In this document: positions 10,026 through 18,185 of the stretch, in pieces
Position numbering within the stretch: the stretch's first letter is position 1
How the letters are laid out: every line of letters starts with the position of its first letter
Assembly (NCBI GenBank): GCA_902797265.1
Contig: CADBSF010000060.1
Coordinates: 1-50,622, forward strand
Origin: an uncultured Erysipelotrichaceae bacterium
GTDB taxonomy: Bacteria > Bacillota_I > Bacilli_A > RF39 > UBA660
Length of the DNA stretch: 50,622 nucleotides
Direction of reading: 5' to 3'
Position numbers and translations under genes: made by a program
The notes under the pieces: generated by a model
The model's input: only the letters and a program-made list of their open reading frames with translations
What the model was told of the DNA's origin: nothing
Database searches by the model: none

Positions 10026-10724
10026 TTAATGAAAACAAGATAAAACAAAGACAATTAGTGTAAGGAACAAAACAGAAAGTAATACAATAGTTGGAACCAC
10101 CATAATACGAATAAATGCAGAGTCTTTATAATCATTAATTTGCTTATATATTTGATCATTAATACGATTATTAGTAACAGGTTCAATATATATATTATGA
10201 CCATTACTTTTTACTAAAGAATTTCCACCTTTTTCAGAAGAAGACATCTCATCACCTAATTGTTCCACATCCCTTTTCTTCTTTTCAGCAAGATAATCAC
10301 ATAGATAAATAGAAGCTCCTCTTTGAACAACCCCTCTATAATAAGGAATCATATCAGTAGGAATAAATTGACTAAAAGAATCAAAATTTGATTTTAAAAA
10401 TTCTGGCTTCAAACTAGATAAAGAATTAGAATAAATACCTATTTGAATAAAAGAAGAATTAAAAATATCTTCTTGAACAAATTTTTTCTTTTGTATTAAA
10501 TCTTTTGGTAATTCCATTAACTTTTTAAATTGAATTTGTTTAGGAGATCCATTTAACACTTCAATCATAGAAGGATAAAATGTTTCAATACAATATCCAT
10601 GTTCATGAATATATTTTAAAGCAACATCAACATTTAAAAATAATTCTTTTAATTCGTCTTCTTTATTATGTTCAACAATCCAATCACTTAGACGGATAGA
10701 ACTATATTGCTTAGATTCATTCAT
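10026..10724 (-). CDS. tail-anchored membrane protein with a degenerate protein-kinase-like cytoplasmic domain (hypothetical)
   Basis: 232 aa with one TM at the extreme C-terminus (IMVVPTIVLLSVLFLTLIVFVLS). VALKYIHEHGYCIETFYPSMIEV resembles kinase subdomain VI (ALxYLHxxGiiHRDLKPxNI) with HRD lost. QEDIFNSSFIQIGIY resembles subdomain IX (DIWSLG). No Gly-loop or N-lobe. Confidence 0.35.
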   Translation of the reverse strand: MNESKQYSSIRLSDWIVEHNKEDELKELFLNVDVALKYIHEHGYCIETFYPSMIEVLNGSPKQIQFKKLMELPKDLIQKKKFVQEDIFNSSFIQIGIYSNSLSSLKPEFLKSNFDSFSQFIPTDMIPYYRGVVQRGASIYLCDYLAEKKKRDVEQLGDEMSSSEKGGNSLVKSNGHNIYIEPVTNNRINDQIYKQINDYKDSAFIRIMVVPTIVLLSVLFLTLIVFVLSCFH

Positions 10725-10794
10725 TTGATATCACCCTACTTTATTATTATTTTAAAACAATAAAACAAAAAAGGCAATTTGAAAATACAATTTT

Positions 10795-11397
10795 TCAACT
10801 AGTATACAGTTTATGATAATAATCACTTAGTAATGCTTTTATCCCTTTAACAGAAGAACGATTCTTAAATTCTAAAGAACTAATAGGCATATCTAATAAT
10901 TTGCTAATTTCTGAATAAGTAAAGCCATTAAACTTTAATTCAAAAATACATGCTTTTTCAAAAGATAAAGAATACAAGTAGTCTCGAATAATATTCTCAA
11001 TCTCTTTATCTAAAAAAACATGATTAAAATTAGAACGACTATCTTCTATATCGATATCATCAAGAGAAATACAATCTAAACTAGAAAAATTATTATTCTT
11101 ATTAGAGATTCTTTGACAAAAAGACATCATTTTCCTACGAATACATATAGTAATAAAAGTATAAAACAATGTATTTTCCTTTTCATTATAATTAATTAAA
11201 GCTCTAAAAAAAGCTAAAGTTGCTTCTTGTAAAAAGTCTTCAAACTCAAAACCATAATATTTATTTTTTTGATAATAGTCGTTTGCTATATGACAAATAA
11301 TTGGATAATACTTTTGATATAAAATATCTCTAGAATTATCATCATTTTCTCGAACCATATAGATTAGTTCATAATCATTATAATTATTATATTTCAT
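10795..11397 (-). CDS. sigH: sigma-70 family sigma factor in the sigH position (SigH-like)
   Basis: 200 aa. Region 2 (FEDFLQEATLAFFRALINYN) and region 4 HTH (FTYSEISKLLDMPISSLEFKN). Synteny mrnC-rlmB-sigma-secE-nusG matches B. subtilis sigH. Sequence is very divergent. Confidence 0.6.
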   Translation of the reverse strand: MKYNNYNDYELIYMVRENDDNSRDILYQKYYPIICHIANDYYQKNKYYGFEFEDFLQEATLAFFRALINYNEKENTLFYTFITICIRRKMMSFCQRISNKNNNFSSLDCISLDDIDIEDSRSNFNHVFLDKEIENIIRDYLYSLSFEKACIFELKFNGFTYSEISKLLDMPISSLEFKNRSSVKGIKALLSDYYHKLYTS

Positions 11398-11402
11398 TTT
11401 CC

Positions 11403-12104
11403 CTACTTTCTATTTCGGATTATTTCATAAATCATAATACCAGCAGCTACACTAGCATTTAAACTGTTAGTTTTACCATACATTGGAATTTTTGCAAGGT
11501 AATCACACTTTTTCGAAACTAAATTTGAGATACCATCACCCTCATTACCAATTACTAAAGCTATCTTACCACTATAATCTATTTCTCGATAATCAACACT
11601 ATTCTCTAATGCTGTTCCAACAACCCAATATTGATGTTGTTTTAATAATTCAATTGCTTGAGCTAAATTTGGAACTAAAACAATATGAACAGAGTCTAAG
11701 CATCCTACACTTGTTTTCATAACAGTTGCATTAATTAATACTTGTCTATCTTTCGGTAAAATAATAGTATCAATTCCTGCTGCTTCACAAGTACGAATAA
11801 TAGCACCTAAATTATGAGGATCTTCTAAGTGATCTAACAACACAACATAATCTCGAGAATTATTGTTTAAAAAAGTTGACATATCCCAATATTGATAATC
11901 CGGAATGTCTAAAATTATACCTTGATGTAGACCAGAACACAAATGGTCAATTTCGTTTTTTGAAACTCTTTTAAAAGGGATTTTCATTTTTTCTATAAGA
12001 GAAATTATATTTTTATCATTAAAATTATCCTGTAAAATTACTTTTTTAATATTTTTATTATTTTTTAATAAATCATTTGCGACATTCTTTCCATATACTA
12101 ACAT
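11403..12104 (-). CDS. rlmB: TrmH/SpoU-family 23S rRNA 2'-O-methyltransferase (RlmB/YacO-like)
   Basis: 233 aa. SpoU motifs DHLEDPHNLGAIIRT, LVIGNEGDGIS and SLNASVAAGIMIYE. Follows mrnC as in Bacillus. Confidence 0.85.
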   Translation of the reverse strand: MLVYGKNVANDLLKNNKNIKKVILQDNFNDKNIISLIEKMKIPFKRVSKNEIDHLCSGLHQGIILDIPDYQYWDMSTFLNNNSRDYVVLLDHLEDPHNLGAIIRTCEAAGIDTIILPKDRQVLINATVMKTSVGCLDSVHIVLVPNLAQAIELLKQHQYWVVGTALENSVDYREIDYSGKIALVIGNEGDGISNLVSKKCDYLAKIPMYGKTNSLNASVAAGIMIYEIIRNRK

Positions 12105-12107
12105 ACT

Positions 12108-12479
12108 CTACCTCAAGATAAAATTCATAATTTCATCTATTCTTTCTTTTTCTTGTTTTAAATCTAAATAACCAATAAGAGCCTCTAATCCAGTAGCATT
12201 CTTATAAGTAATAATATCACAACTCTTTGGATGAGAAGTAGTCTTATAATTTCTAGCTCGATGAACCACATCAATTTCTTCTTCTGTTAAAAATTTTTGA
12301 TTTATCATTTCATATAAATAATCAGATTGTTTTTTAGCACTAACATATGAAATAGCACTTTTTTGTAAATCATTAACATTCCCAATTCCTTTATGAATCA
12401 AATAACGTCTTACATAATTTTCATAAATAGTATCTCCCAAATAAGCAAGAACTAATACATTGATTTCTAAAACATTCAT
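12108..12479 (-). CDS. mrnC: mini-ribonuclease III
   Basis: Track ORF (to 12641) trimmed to the ATG at 12477-12479. Product begins MNVLEINVLVLAYLGDTIYENYVRRYL, the Mini-III signature. The upstream part of the ORF overlaps the preceding gene and its terminator. Confidence 0.85.
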   Translation of the reverse strand: MNVLEINVLVLAYLGDTIYENYVRRYLIHKGIGNVNDLQKSAISYVSAKKQSDYLYEMINQKFLTEEEIDVVHRARNYKTTSHPKSCDIITYKNATGLEALIGYLDLKQEKERIDEIMNFILR

Positions 12480-12526
12480 AATAAAAATCACTCCTAAACA
12501 CTTAATTCTATTATAAAGAAAAAAGC

Positions 12527-12555
12527 ACAAAAAGAAAAGAGGTCTAAAACCTCTT
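12527..12555 (-). terminator. rho-independent terminator of the transporter gene
   Basis: AAGAGGU / ACCUCUU stem with a 5-nt loop, followed by a U-rich tract on the minus strand, just after the stop at 12560. Confidence 0.6.
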
Positions 12556-12559
12556 ATCA

Positions 12560-14209
12560 TTACATTAATGCTAAAATTATGAAAACAATTAGTAATATAA
12601 CAAATAATTCTAAGATTAATTTCCAAGATTTCTTTAACCATTCTTTGTAAGATACTCCAAGATAAGATAATGTTGCCATTAAAACCAAACTTGTTGGAGC
12701 AAATAATGTCATAAATCCATACATAGATTGGAAAATCACTGCTATATTAGAATAATCTTTAACAGTATTAACAACACTCATATAATATGGAACAATTCCT
12801 TGGAAAGAATAAGCAATATCTACATTAAATAAGCCAGCTAATAGAGCTACAATTGTAGTTGTTGCGATATTAAATCCTTTTGTTAATCCTAAAACAAATT
12901 TATAGATTGTCATTTGGATTGGGTGATAAGTATTAATAACTAAAACAACATATAACAATATAACCATTGCACATGGACCTAAAGCTTTTTTACAACCTTC
13001 ACTAAATCCTTCAATAACATCATCAAATTTAACTTTATAGATAATTACCAATAATAGAAGAACGATAAACATTGGTAAGAATAAATCTGTAATAGACCAT
13101 TCTCCAAATGCTCCAAATGTTCCTAAAACCTTAGCAAATAATGGGAATCCAAATAATTTAAATTCAGAAGTACTATTAGTAAGATCACTAAAGAATTTAA
13201 TCTTAAATCCATTTTCTCCCCATGGAATAAATGCAAGTACAAATAATACAAACAATAATCCAAAAATAATTGCCATTGGTAATACATTAGCTTGTTTCTT
13301 AGAAACAGCTGGTACTAAAGAATCATTATCAGAATCTTTTACAATGATAACATCTTCTTCTTTTAATGCTGCTTTATTAACACTCTTACGAGATTTTGAT
13401 GATTTATTATTAGATGACTTTTTAGAAGAATTAGATTTGTTCTTAGAATTATTCTTACTATTAGTATTATTCTTAGAAGAATTATTATTTTTTGAAGAAT
13501 TTGTTTTAACAGATACTTTTACTTCTTCACGAACAACTTCTTCTTCCTCTTCTTCTTCCTCTACTTCAATTTTCTTTTTAGAAATAGAAGCCTTTTCAAC
13601 TTTTCCATTTTTTGTATACATAACAGTGTTAAAAATAACAAGTACAATTCCTATTAATAAAATTAGGAAACGAACTCCAATACTATAATCTAATTTAAGA
13701 TTTAATGATTGAATTAAAACACTTAAATTACTATAAGCATATGTTGTACCAATAAGTCCGCATGAAATAGACCCAACAGTTACAAATAAAGCTGTAATTT
13801 TATCATAACCCATCATCAAAATTAGAGAAACAATAAAAGGAATAAATAAAGCAAATGCTATATGAACACCACATACAGAAACTAATAAAGCGATTAATAT
13901 TATCATAACAGATAAGCAAATTGTTTCTTTTCCTTTCATTTTTTTAACTAATCCTTCTAATAAAGAACGATAAGCTGGAATTTTATATAAAACTCCATAA
14001 AAACCACCAACTAGAATTATAAAAAGTGCAATATATCCAAAATAAGCAACAGCAGTTAATGGATAATTAAACAAATCAAATAATCCCATTTGAACGCGCC
14101 CTTGATCTACATACTCACCTGAATAATAAGCAGCAGGTAATATCCAACTAAGTAATAGAAAAATTAATATGGTAACAAGAACGACTTTTACTACATTATG
14201 TTTTTTCAT
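12560..14209 (-). CDS. polytopic membrane transporter (YfcC/DcuC-like) with a low-complexity cytoplasmic insert
   Basis: 549 aa with more than 10 hydrophobic spans. The N-terminal pattern (TM, ~40-aa loop, FGYIALFIILVGGFYGVL) resembles YfcC-type carriers. The central insert is E8 followed by a K/S/N-rich ~60 aa stretch. Family assignment is tentative. Confidence 0.45.
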   Translation of the reverse strand: MKKHNVVKVVLVTILIFLLLSWILPAAYYSGEYVDQGRVQMGLFDLFNYPLTAVAYFGYIALFIILVGGFYGVLYKIPAYRSLLEGLVKKMKGKETICLSVMIILIALLVSVCGVHIAFALFIPFIVSLILMMGYDKITALFVTVGSISCGLIGTTYAYSNLSVLIQSLNLKLDYSIGVRFLILLIGIVLVIFNTVMYTKNGKVEKASISKKKIEVEEEEEEEEVVREEVKVSVKTNSSKNNNSSKNNTNSKNNSKNKSNSSKKSSNNKSSKSRKSVNKAALKEEDVIIVKDSDNDSLVPAVSKKQANVLPMAIIFGLLFVLFVLAFIPWGENGFKIKFFSDLTNSTSEFKLFGFPLFAKVLGTFGAFGEWSITDLFLPMFIVLLLLVIIYKVKFDDVIEGFSEGCKKALGPCAMVILLYVVLVINTYHPIQMTIYKFVLGLTKGFNIATTTIVALLAGLFNVDIAYSFQGIVPYYMSVVNTVKDYSNIAVIFQSMYGFMTLFAPTSLVLMATLSYLGVSYKEWLKKSWKLILELFVILLIVFIILALM

Positions 14210-14302
14210 AATTAACCTCCCAAACTAATTATAGCTATTTCATACTTATTTTACAAGTATTTAACGAAAAAAAGAATGAAAATTTGGTGAAAAAAAGAAA
14301 TA

Positions 14303-15799
14303 TTACTCTTTCGTAATACTTCTTTCTTTCATTGTCGGAAACAACAATACATCCCTTATAGACTCTTGTTCCGTAAATAACATAATTAATCGATCGATTC
14401 CATAACCTATTCCACCAGCAGGAGGCATACCATACTCTAAAGATTCAACAAAATCCATATCAATATCATTTGCTTCTTCATTTCCCATTTCTTTTTCAGC
14501 AAGTTGTGCCTCAAATCTTTCTAATTGATCAATAGGATTATTTAATTCTGTATAAGCATTAGCACATTCATGTCCTGAAATAAATAACTCAAAACGATCA
14601 ACAAATCTAGGATCATCTGGATTTTTCTTAGTCAATGGAGATATTTCAATTGGATGACCATATAAGAAAGTAGGTTGAATTAAAGTTTCTTCTACATATT
14701 TCTCAAAGAATTTATTAACAATATGTCCATATTGTCTTTCATGATTTTCCAAAAGAATATTATGTTCTTCAGCTAATTGAATACAAGTATCTAAATCAGT
14801 AATAGTTCTAAAATCAATTCCTATTTTTTCTTTAATTGCTTCTGTCATACTAATACGATTCCAAGTTCCATCTAAATCAATATCATGTCCTAAATAATGG
14901 AAAGTAGTCTTTCCACATACTTCTCTAGCAATTGTCTTATACATATTTTCAGTTAAATCCATCATTCCTTCTAAATCAGAATATGCTTGATATACTTCCA
15001 TCATAGTAAATTCTGGATTATGTTGAGGATCCATTCCTTCATTTCTGAAAGTTCTACCTATTTCATAAACAGATTCCATTCCACCAACTAATAATCTTTT
15101 TAAATTTAATTCTAGCGCTATACGAAGATACATATCTAAATCTTGTGCATTATGATGAGTAGTAAAAGGTCTTGCAGAAGCTCCAGTAAGTAATGTTGTA
15201 AGAATAGGAGTTTCCACCTCAACAAAACCTTGTTGATCTAAAAAGTTTTGAATACAACGAATAATTCTAGGTCTCATTAAAGCTACTTTCATAGACTCTT
15301 CATTCATAATTAAATCAACATATCTTCTTCGATATCTCTCTTCTTTATCTGTTAATCCATGAAATTTTTCTGGTAAAGGTTTTAATGCTTTTACAAGATG
15401 AGTATATTCTAAACATTTAATTGTAACTTCTCCTGTTTTAGTCTTCATTATCTTTCCATAAACACCAACAATATCTCCAATATCAGCAGTCTTAAATAGA
15501 TTATAAACATCTTCTCCTACATCATTAACAGAGATATATATTTGAATGGACCCAGTTTTATCTTTTATCGTAAAGAAAGAAGCTTTTCCCATCTTACGAA
15601 TAAACATAATTCTACCTGCAACTTTAGCATTATCTTCCATAGATTCAAATAAATCATGATCAACATCTTGATATTTTTCTTTTATATCTTTCGCAAAACT
15701 ATCTCTTTCATATCGATGTCCAAAAGCATCAATTCCTTCTTCAAATAGTTTATTAGCCTTTTCTCTTCTAACTAATTCCTGTTCTGTAAAATTTCTCAT
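14303..15799 (-). CDS. lysS: lysine--tRNA ligase (class II)
   Basis: 498 aa. N-terminal OB fold, then class II motifs (FRNEGMDPQHNPEFTMMEVYQAY, GGIGYGIDRLIMLFT). Confidence 0.97.
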   Translation of the reverse strand: MRNFTEQELVRREKANKLFEEGIDAFGHRYERDSFAKDIKEKYQDVDHDLFESMEDNAKVAGRIMFIRKMGKASFFTIKDKTGSIQIYISVNDVGEDVYNLFKTADIGDIVGVYGKIMKTKTGEVTIKCLEYTHLVKALKPLPEKFHGLTDKEERYRRRYVDLIMNEESMKVALMRPRIIRCIQNFLDQQGFVEVETPILTTLLTGASARPFTTHHNAQDLDMYLRIALELNLKRLLVGGMESVYEIGRTFRNEGMDPQHNPEFTMMEVYQAYSDLEGMMDLTENMYKTIAREVCGKTTFHYLGHDIDLDGTWNRISMTEAIKEKIGIDFRTITDLDTCIQLAEEHNILLENHERQYGHIVNKFFEKYVEETLIQPTFLYGHPIEISPLTKKNPDDPRFVDRFELFISGHECANAYTELNNPIDQLERFEAQLAEKEMGNEEANDIDMDFVESLEYGMPPAGGIGYGIDRLIMLFTEQESIRDVLLFPTMKERSITKE

Positions 15800-15810
15800 A
15801 ATAAACCTCC

Positions 15811-16416
15811 TTAAACATGAACAACTCTAGTATGTACTAATAAATCATGAATAGAGCGTCCATCCTTTCTAAATAAAATAAAGAATGCACATACAACAAC
15901 ATATAAGTATTGTAATGTTTCAATTCCTAAAACAGCATATAAATAATATTGTTTTGGTAAAAATAACATAAACATAAAAGTAATAATATCAGTTAAGATG
16001 AAATTAGCTAATAATCCTCTTAAAACCATCTGATTCATAAATAAATCACCTTTATCACTAACAACTTTTATTTTCATTAATTTTTTTCCAATTGTCTGTC
16101 CCATCATTTTAGTTTGTAAGACAACAAAATAACATACAGATAATAATAAACTAATAAGGGATAATAATCCATTCTCTCTAGCCATCTTATAAAAATAACT
16201 TGATGTTTCAGCAAAATACTGATTCATACTAATCTCTTTATCAACAAATTTTTCTTGTACTTCTATTATTTTTTTAGAATAATTACTAGTATCATTACCA
16301 TCAGTAAAAGGTATCATGAAAAGAGATGAAACAAAAGATATAATGAAAATATCAATAATAAAAGCACATAATCTCTCTACAAAATAAGCATTTTCCCTTT
16401 TTACTTTTTTAGCCAT
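15811..16416 (-). CDS. RDD-family membrane protein
   Basis: 201 aa. YFVERLCAFIIDIFII, then GQTIGKKLMKIKVV, then C-terminal GRSIHDLLVHTRVV. This layout is typical of RDD domains. Confidence 0.65.
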   Translation of the reverse strand: MAKKVKRENAYFVERLCAFIIDIFIISFVSSLFMIPFTDGNDTSNYSKKIIEVQEKFVDKEISMNQYFAETSSYFYKMARENGLLSLISLLLSVCYFVVLQTKMMGQTIGKKLMKIKVVSDKGDLFMNQMVLRGLLANFILTDIITFMFMLFLPKQYYLYAVLGIETLQYLYVVVCAFFILFRKDGRSIHDLLVHTRVVHV

Positions 16417-17390
16417 AATTTTTCCTCCTTAAATTCCTTTAATAGTAAAATTATATCACAGATATCTTTTGTTTTATAGATTTTTTCCTTAAAAGGAGAA
16501 AAACTACTAATTCCTTTCAAATACCATCCGATAGGATTTCTAATTTCTAAAGCAACAATCTTATCATCTTTAAATTTTCTTAAATAATCGATATGTTTTA
16601 AACACATATCAATTTTTTCTTCTGTACTAATATTTAATAATTCTTCGTTATGAAAATATCGAATAATATTTTGAATTAACCAGGGATTACCAAGAATTCC
16701 TCTTCCAATCATGATAGCATCACACCCTGTCTCATCAAGCATTCTCATAGCATCCATAGGACTCTTAATATCACCATTCCCTATAACAGGAATATTAACA
16801 TTATTTTTAACATCACGAATAATATTCCAATCAGCTTTTCCACTATATCCTTGACTTCTCGTTCTAGGATGTACAGTAATACAACTAGCTCCCGCTTTCT
16901 CAACTGCTTTAGCAATCTCTACCGCATTAATAGAATTAAAATCCCATCCACTTCTAATCTTCACAGTAACAGGAACATCTACACTATCTACAACATTTTT
17001 TACAATTTTATAAGCAAGTTTCTCATCCTTCATCAAACAACTTCCAGCACCAGCTCGAACACTAACCTTTGGTACAGGACATCCCATATTAATATCGATT
17101 ATATCTACGGAAAATTTATCAACAATTATTCTAGCAGCTTCCCCCATAACTTCAGGATTTGCTCCAAATAATTGAATCGCAACAGGTATATTTAAAGAAT
17201 CAATTCCATTTAACATTTCAAATGTTTTTTTATTACCACGAACAATCGCTTCACTACTAATTAACTCCGTAACAGCATATCCTAATCCCATTTCCTCACA
17301 AATCTTAATATAACTAGGATTAGATACCCCAGCCATAGGAGCTAAAACAATTTGATTTTTAATTAAAACATTCCCAATCTTCCATTCCAT
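16401..17390 (-). CDS. dusB: tRNA-dihydrouridine synthase B
   Basis: LAPMAGVSN, DINMGCPVPKV and TVHPRTRSQGYSG motifs. Start moved to the ATG at 17388-17390 (GAGGGatatt-ATG). The track start at 17402 would itself supply that RBS. Confidence 0.9.
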   Translation of the reverse strand: MEWKIGNVLIKNQIVLAPMAGVSNPSYIKICEEMGLGYAVTELISSEAIVRGNKKTFEMLNGIDSLNIPVAIQLFGANPEVMGEAARIIVDKFSVDIIDINMGCPVPKVSVRAGAGSCLMKDEKLAYKIVKNVVDSVDVPVTVKIRSGWDFNSINAVEIAKAVEKAGASCITVHPRTRSQGYSGKADWNIIRDVKNNVNIPVIGNGDIKSPMDAMRMLDETGCDAIMIGRGILGNPWLIQNIIRYFHNEELLNISTEEKIDMCLKHIDYLRKFKDDKIVALEIRNPIGWYLKGISSFSPFKEKIYKTKDICDIILLLKEFKEEKLWLKK

Positions 17391-17421
17391 AATATCCCTC
17401 ATTTGCTTGCCTTATTTTATC

Positions 17422-17448
17422 AAAAAAAAATTGAGAAATCAATCTCAA
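17422..17448 (-). terminator. terminator-like hairpin 32 nt upstream of the dusB start (possible attenuator)
   Basis: UUGAGA-uugauu-UCUCAA followed by U9 on the minus strand. Confidence 0.45.
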
Positions 17449-17591
17449 ATAAAAATCTTATAACCATATAAAATAAATATTAAATCTTACAACATTCCAT
17501 AATAAACCTATTCTCTTCAAGTCTTTTTATATGATTATCAATATAATACATATATACTTCAATTGTCTATTATCACTTATCTTTCAATTAT

Positions 17592-17620
17592 ATTACAAAG
17601 TGTACACACCCTCATGTCAA
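17592..17620 (-). promoter_or_regulatory. candidate promoter of the dusB leader
   Basis: Minus strand reads TTGACA (17615-17620), a 17-nt spacer, then TGTAAT (17592-17597). Lies between the mscL terminator and dusB. Confidence 0.4.
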
Positions 17621-17662
17621 GAGACCCAACGTTTAGTATCTATGATTATGTTGATATGATTC

Positions 17663-17686
17663 AAAAAAAAATTCCATAACGGAATT
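17663..17686 (-). terminator. rho-independent terminator of mscL
   Basis: AAAUUCC-guuau-GGAAUUU followed by U8, abutting the stop codon at 17687-17689. Confidence 0.65.
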
Positions 17687-18124
17687 TTATTTTGATTTCT
17701 TTAATAAATCTCTAATTTCTGTAAGTAATTCAGCTTCTTCACTTCTCTTAGCTTCTTCTTCTTTTGCTTCTTCTTTCTTTCTAACAGTCATCAATTTATT
17801 AACAACTTTTAAAAGAACGAATAAAACAAGTGCCATGATAATGAAATTAATAACTGCGGTGATAAAATCTCCATATTTAATGTATTGTCCACCATAGATT
17901 TTAATCTTACCACCAATAGAAGCTCCACCAATACCATTAATTAATGGATTAATAAAATCTTCTGTTAATGCAGAAACAATTCCTTGGAAAGCACCACCGA
18001 TAATAACACCGATAGCCATATCCATTACATTACCTCTCATAATGAATTCTTTGAATTCTGCAAAAAAACCTGTTCCTTTCTCTTTCATTTTGCTAAGATT
18101 TTCTTTATTAGCAATCTTTGCCAT
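17687..18124 (-). CDS. mscL: large-conductance mechanosensitive channel
   Basis: EFKEFIMRGNVMDMAIGVIIGGAF is the MscL TM1 signature. Start set at the ATG at 18122-18124, behind AGGAGTGG. Confidence 0.92.
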   Translation of the reverse strand: MAKIANKENLSKMKEKGTGFFAEFKEFIMRGNVMDMAIGVIIGGAFQGIVSALTEDFINPLINGIGGASIGGKIKIYGGQYIKYGDFITAVINFIIMALVLFVLLKVVNKLMTVRKKEEAKEEEAKRSEEAELLTEIRDLLKKSK

Positions 18125-18185
18125 ACACTCCACTCCTTCTACCAATATTATAATACGTATTTTTATTTTTTCAAGAAAAAAAGAA

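Noticed and set aside
12480-12641. N-terminal extensions of track ORFs: mrnC to 12641, methyltransferase to 5145, rplK to 8924, secE to 9959, mscL to 18145, divIC to 21888, rsmA to 24772, sipW to 25482, paralog A to 26801, pth to 33894, ybaB to 38167, tadA to 40404, gyrB to 45592, comK to 47322
   Set aside because: In each case a downstream ATG or GTG is preceded by a good GGAGG-type RBS and restores the conserved family N-terminus. The extension overlaps the upstream gene, a terminator or the SRP RNA, or begins at a TTG/GTG inside the RBS.
13380-13580. Poly-Glu plus K/S/N-rich low-complexity insert (and matching DNA-level short repeats) in the transporter gene as a possible contingency/phase-variable locus
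   Set aside because: The repeats are imperfect and in frame. Such inserts are common loop expansions in very AT-rich genomes. No homopolymer or perfect microsatellite that would shift the frame is present.
17480-17551. 23-codon ORF in the dusB leader
   Set aside because: No RBS, and its composition is indistinguishable from the AT-rich spacer. It is mentioned only as a possible leader peptide.
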